From assembly GCA_048881705.1 (NCBI GenBank), contig JBHLSH010000024.1, positions 1 to 45,228 of the forward strand: 45,228 nucleotides of DNA, given 5' to 3'. This DNA is from Candidatus Heimdallarchaeota archaeon (GTDB lineage Archaea; Asgardarchaeota; Heimdallarchaeia; Hodarchaeales; Hodarchaeaceae). This document shows, one piece after another, positions 42,158-45,228 of the stretch. The position numbers were made by a program, and so were the translations under genes. The notes beneath the pieces are model-generated. The model was not told the origin of the DNA. It did no database searches and worked only from the letters and a program-made list of their open reading frames with translations. The first letter of the stretch is position 1, and each line of letters starts with the position of its first letter.

Positions 42158-42781
42158 TTGAAAATCGTAGATCAGGTAGTTGAGAAAATTAAGCCTCGTT
42201 TAAACCCTGCATATCAATCTGGCAGGATGAACGTTTCAGAGTTCCGTCACCTCTTAAAACAGATCGAATTTACCAAACATGAGCGTCAATATATTAGTGC
42301 GAACTTTCGTTTCGTCGTCACTAGGCTTGGACTTTTCCATTATCTTCCCGAAATTCAAGGTAATGAGGATGCGGCTGTCTTTCAGCTCATCGAAGTAGTT
42401 GCAGAAAATTGGGTTACCACAGGCCTTGCCAAAAATAGGAATGCTGCCATTAATCGACTGATCAAGCAAATTAGGAAACGCTTGGAAGGAACGCTTACAC
42501 CCGTACAGTCGGCAACCGAAGTGGGTAGCCTTCGGATTGAAATTCAGTCGTTACGCGAAACTATCTCCCGAATATGGGAGGAAAGGCTGGAAAAACCCGA
42601 AAGCATTCCAAATTTGATAGAAACGTTCCGTGATGACCTCGCGGATACTATTCAATCTTCCAAATTATTATATGACATCTCCAAGTTCAGCCGCGAGTTG
42701 AGATCGGGTAAAATCAAGTATTTGGAGGAGGTACTAGACGAAATCGATTCGTGGGAGCAAAGGCTAAATCTAACGCGATGA
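42158..42781 (+). CDS. Hypothetical helical protein
   Basis: 207-aa ORF with a TTG start, amphipathic helices and coiled-coil-like segments. Confidence 0.65.
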   Translation: MKIVDQVVEKIKPRLNPAYQSGRMNVSEFRHLLKQIEFTKHERQYISANFRFVVTRLGLFHYLPEIQGNEDAAVFQLIEVVAENWVTTGLAKNRNAAINRLIKQIRKRLEGTLTPVQSATEVGSLRIEIQSLRETISRIWEERLEKPESIPNLIETFRDDLADTIQSSKLLYDISKFSRELRSGKIKYLEEVLDEIDSWEQRLNLTR

Positions 42782-42800
42782 TCATCCCGAATTTACAGAT

Positions 42801-44228
42801 TTACGGGTATTCTTCTTTAACAATAGCGAATAAATCCTCTTCGAAGCTTCCAAGTTTAGGAACTTCAATAATACGGCCTAATTCCTTTCCTTTATTGCTT
42901 ATTATGAATGTAGGGATTTTTCTTATATTATATTTGTCCCGAATTCCATTTGAATCGCGATTTTCGATGTGAAATTCCCATTCTGGAAGATATTCCGCGA
43001 TTCGGGCCATTTTGGGCACACCACGTCGACAATCGGGACACCAGTGGGCCGAAACGATTGTTACGGTAATTTGATGTCCCTTAAGCTTACATATCTCTCT
43101 TATGGAGGTAATTATTTCTGTTCGTGGCGTGTAGCGCTCATAAGAAGCGACGAACCCTTTGTCAGCGTGGACATAGGCGTATAATTCCCCTGCAACAGCT
43201 TGCTGACCGCTTGTCGTAGGAGCTTCCATTTTGGCCTTCGTATATCCCCATTGGATCGTCTTTAGCTTTTTCGAACTTAATCCCGTTCTTTTTAGATAAT
43301 CAATTGCTCCGATAGCTGCACGGGCACCATCACCCGCAGATACTATGGCTTGACGTGCAATCCCTCCAGTTATGTCCCCCGCCGCAAAAACGCCATTTAT
43401 ATTGGTAGCTTGCATCGTTCCAACTTGAACAAATTGTCCATTCAGTTCCACCCCAAGGCCAGCGACCAAAGCTGAGGATGGTGTTACTCCGACTTCCACG
43501 AATACCGCTTTGACCTGAATGGTTTTTATCATCCCATCAATATCAAACCTGAAGGCTGTTACAGTCTTATCATCCCCTCCTATGATTTCCAGAGGTTTGA
43601 TATTTTCACAAAAAATGATATTTTCAGTATTATCTATTTCGTCAACTAACTCTGGATCGGCCCCTACACGTGCTTTGGTAGCGAGAAGAAAGACCTCACT
43701 TGCAATATCAGCCATCCTGAGAGCGGCCGTTGCGGCCTCGTTGCCAAATCCAACTATGGCAACTGGAGCCTCCTTATATAAAGGACCATCACAAATTGTA
43801 CAGTAGCCCACTCCGCGTGCATAAAATTCCTCTTCGCCCTTGATGCCCAGTCTCTTGTGTTTCGTCCCAGAAGCTATAATAACAGTGTTGGCGCATGAGG
43901 CCCTCCCTTCAGCATCAAAAAGTTGAAAAGCGCTGTGTTCTCCTTCTCCCCGAACGATTTGCCTTATTTCTTGTTCATCTAAGACCGCACCGTACTGGGT
44001 TGCGTGATCAATAAACTTATCTATGAGTTCAAGGCCTTTAGTCTCGGGGTTGGTCCAAGTGGGGTAATTTTCTACAACCCGAGCTTTAGCTAATAAACTA
44101 GCGTAAGGATCACCCCATACAACTGTATTGAGTCCGGCTCGCGCTGCATACATTGCCGCGGTCAATCCAGCAGGCCCAGCTCCCACAATAGCCACGTCTA
44201 CTAAATCATGATCAGAACAATCAGTCAT
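42801..44228 (-). CDS. Thioredoxin reductase-like flavoprotein fused to a C-terminal thioredoxin-fold domain
   Basis: GAGPAGLTAA, VENYP, CTICDG, VFAAGDI; C-terminal HWCPDC plus cis-Pro motif KIPTFI. Confidence 0.88.
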   Translation of the reverse strand: MTDCSDHDLVDVAIVGAGPAGLTAAMYAARAGLNTVVWGDPYASLLAKARVVENYPTWTNPETKGLELIDKFIDHATQYGAVLDEQEIRQIVRGEGEHSAFQLFDAEGRASCANTVIIASGTKHKRLGIKGEEEFYARGVGYCTICDGPLYKEAPVAIVGFGNEAATAALRMADIASEVFLLATKARVGADPELVDEIDNTENIIFCENIKPLEIIGGDDKTVTAFRFDIDGMIKTIQVKAVFVEVGVTPSSALVAGLGVELNGQFVQVGTMQATNINGVFAAGDITGGIARQAIVSAGDGARAAIGAIDYLKRTGLSSKKLKTIQWGYTKAKMEAPTTSGQQAVAGELYAYVHADKGFVASYERYTPRTEIITSIREICKLKGHQITVTIVSAHWCPDCRRGVPKMARIAEYLPEWEFHIENRDSNGIRDKYNIRKIPTFIISNKGKELGRIIEVPKLGSFEEDLFAIVKEEYP

Positions 44229-44393
44229 CTTCTTTCATCCTCGTACATGTCTTCTCTTTTTTTTGCGAATTTTAAGATGAGTGGAGCGAAATAAAAATAC
44301 TAAGAAAATCTATCTCTAACATCCTCAGGAAATTCCAACGATTGAATATAATGTTTAAAGCGCGCTAGAGCTATAATTAAGGATTTGAGGCTT

Positions 44394-45228
44394 TTGACTT
44401 GGTTACATCTAGGTGAATTAGTTCGAATTAATGCAGAAAAGGCACCTAATAAGCTGGCATTCAAAGATGCTAAGCGTTCCCTTACCTTCAGGGAATTTGA
44501 CTTACGTACAAATAAATTGGCCAATGGATTGTTGTCAAGAGGTTTAAAAAAAGGGGACAAAATTGCTGTGCTGGCCAATAATTGTGTTGAGTTCGCTGAG
44601 ATCTATATTGCTGCGGCAAAAGCAGGATTGATCGTTGTCCCCTTAAATTTTCGGCTGTTACCGGAGGATCTTTATTGGATTGTACAGAACGCAGAATGCA
44701 AAATGGTGATGATTGAACAACGCTATTATCAGACCACACTCGATAATTGGGATTTGGTGGTTGAATTCGGCCTGGATGCTCTTCAGAGTGTTATAATTGG
44801 AACTCTTCCAGTAGGTGCTGGTTGGAGCTATTTTGAAGATATCGTGGGTGCGGGCAGTGAGGACTATCCCCAGATTTCGATTGATCCAGAGGATACCTGG
44901 ATCTTGTTGTATACGAGTGGGACAACTGGAAAACCCAAGGGGGTTGTCCGGTCTCATCGTTCATATATTGCCTTTTTTCTAATTAACGCAGCTGAATATT
45001 CTTTTACTCCCAGGGATTACGGACTAGTACTAATGCCGCTTAGCCACGTAAATTCCACGTTCTACGCATTCGTATTTACTTATATCGGAGCTCCTTGCTA
45101 CATTCATCGCGAGTACAACTTTGATCCTGAAGAATTACTCCAGATTTTCGCCCAAGAAAAGATTACTTTTACCTCGTTAATTCCTACACATTATAATCTA
45201 ATTTTGAATCTCTCTGACGACATTAAAA
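44394..45228 (+). CDS. Acyl-CoA synthetase / long-chain fatty acid-CoA ligase (AMP-binding), 3'-truncated; missing from the supplied ORF track
   Basis: Hand translation from TTG 44394 gives MTWLHLGELVRINAEKAPNKLAF...GLKKGDKIAVL...VVPLNFRL...LLYTSGTTGKPKGV (A3 motif at about 44904-44945); no stop before the window end. Confidence 0.93.
   Translation, partial: MTWLHLGELVRINAEKAPNKLAFKDAKRSLTFREFDLRTNKLANGLLSRGLKKGDKIAVLANNCVEFAEIYIAAAKAGLIVVPLNFRLLPEDLYWIVQNAECKMVMIEQRYYQTTLDNWDLVVEFGLDALQSVIIGTLPVGAGWSYFEDIVGAGSEDYPQISIDPEDTWILLYTSGTTGKPKGVVRSHRSYIAFFLINAAEYSFTPRDYGLVLMPLSHVNSTFYAFVFTYIGAPCYIHREYNFDPEELLQIFAQEKITFTSLIPTHYNLILNLSDDIK

Noticed and set aside
1-45228. CRISPR arrays, IS elements, integrases, tRNA and rRNA genes
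   Set aside because: By eye I found no regularly spaced repeats, transposase or recombinase motifs, or cloverleaf/rRNA signatures; short RNAs could be missed without tRNAscan or Infernal.

Overview
Archaeal chromosomal window, most likely from an Asgard archaeon (Heimdallarchaeia/Hodarchaeales-like). That assignment is an inference from Alba, CarS, archaeal PCNA/RFC, archease-RtcB, a PGF-like C-terminal sorting signal, and WD40 and TPR proteins. It is gene-dense with about 39 CDS (both end genes truncated), and I saw no rRNA, tRNA, CRISPR array, IS element, integrase or intein. Housekeeping blocks are pcna-rfcS-rfcL, archease-rtcB, aspS, carS-alba, trxB, pepQ, phoU, nfu and an acyl-CoA synthetase. 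The most interesting signals are: (1) a bacterial-type NAD+-dependent DNA ligase with a PCNA-interaction (PIP)-like motif, LTDFF, inserted before its BRCT domain and identical to the C-terminal motif of RFC-large in the same window; (2) a PCNA with a roughly 32-aa acidic tail, mirrored by a basic tail on RFC-large; (3) a TrxR-thioredoxin fusion whose NADPH-binding motifs are degenerate; (4) a three-gene surface cassette of two paralogous Ca2+-loop surface proteins flanking a membrane-tethered wHTH regulator; (5) a 754-aa membrane-anchored helical-repeat protein, a double WD40 propeller, a HAD hydrolase with Asn at the nucleophile position, and a candidate MNT-HEPN fusion next to RNA-ligation genes. 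All family calls come from motif reading only; no searches were run.
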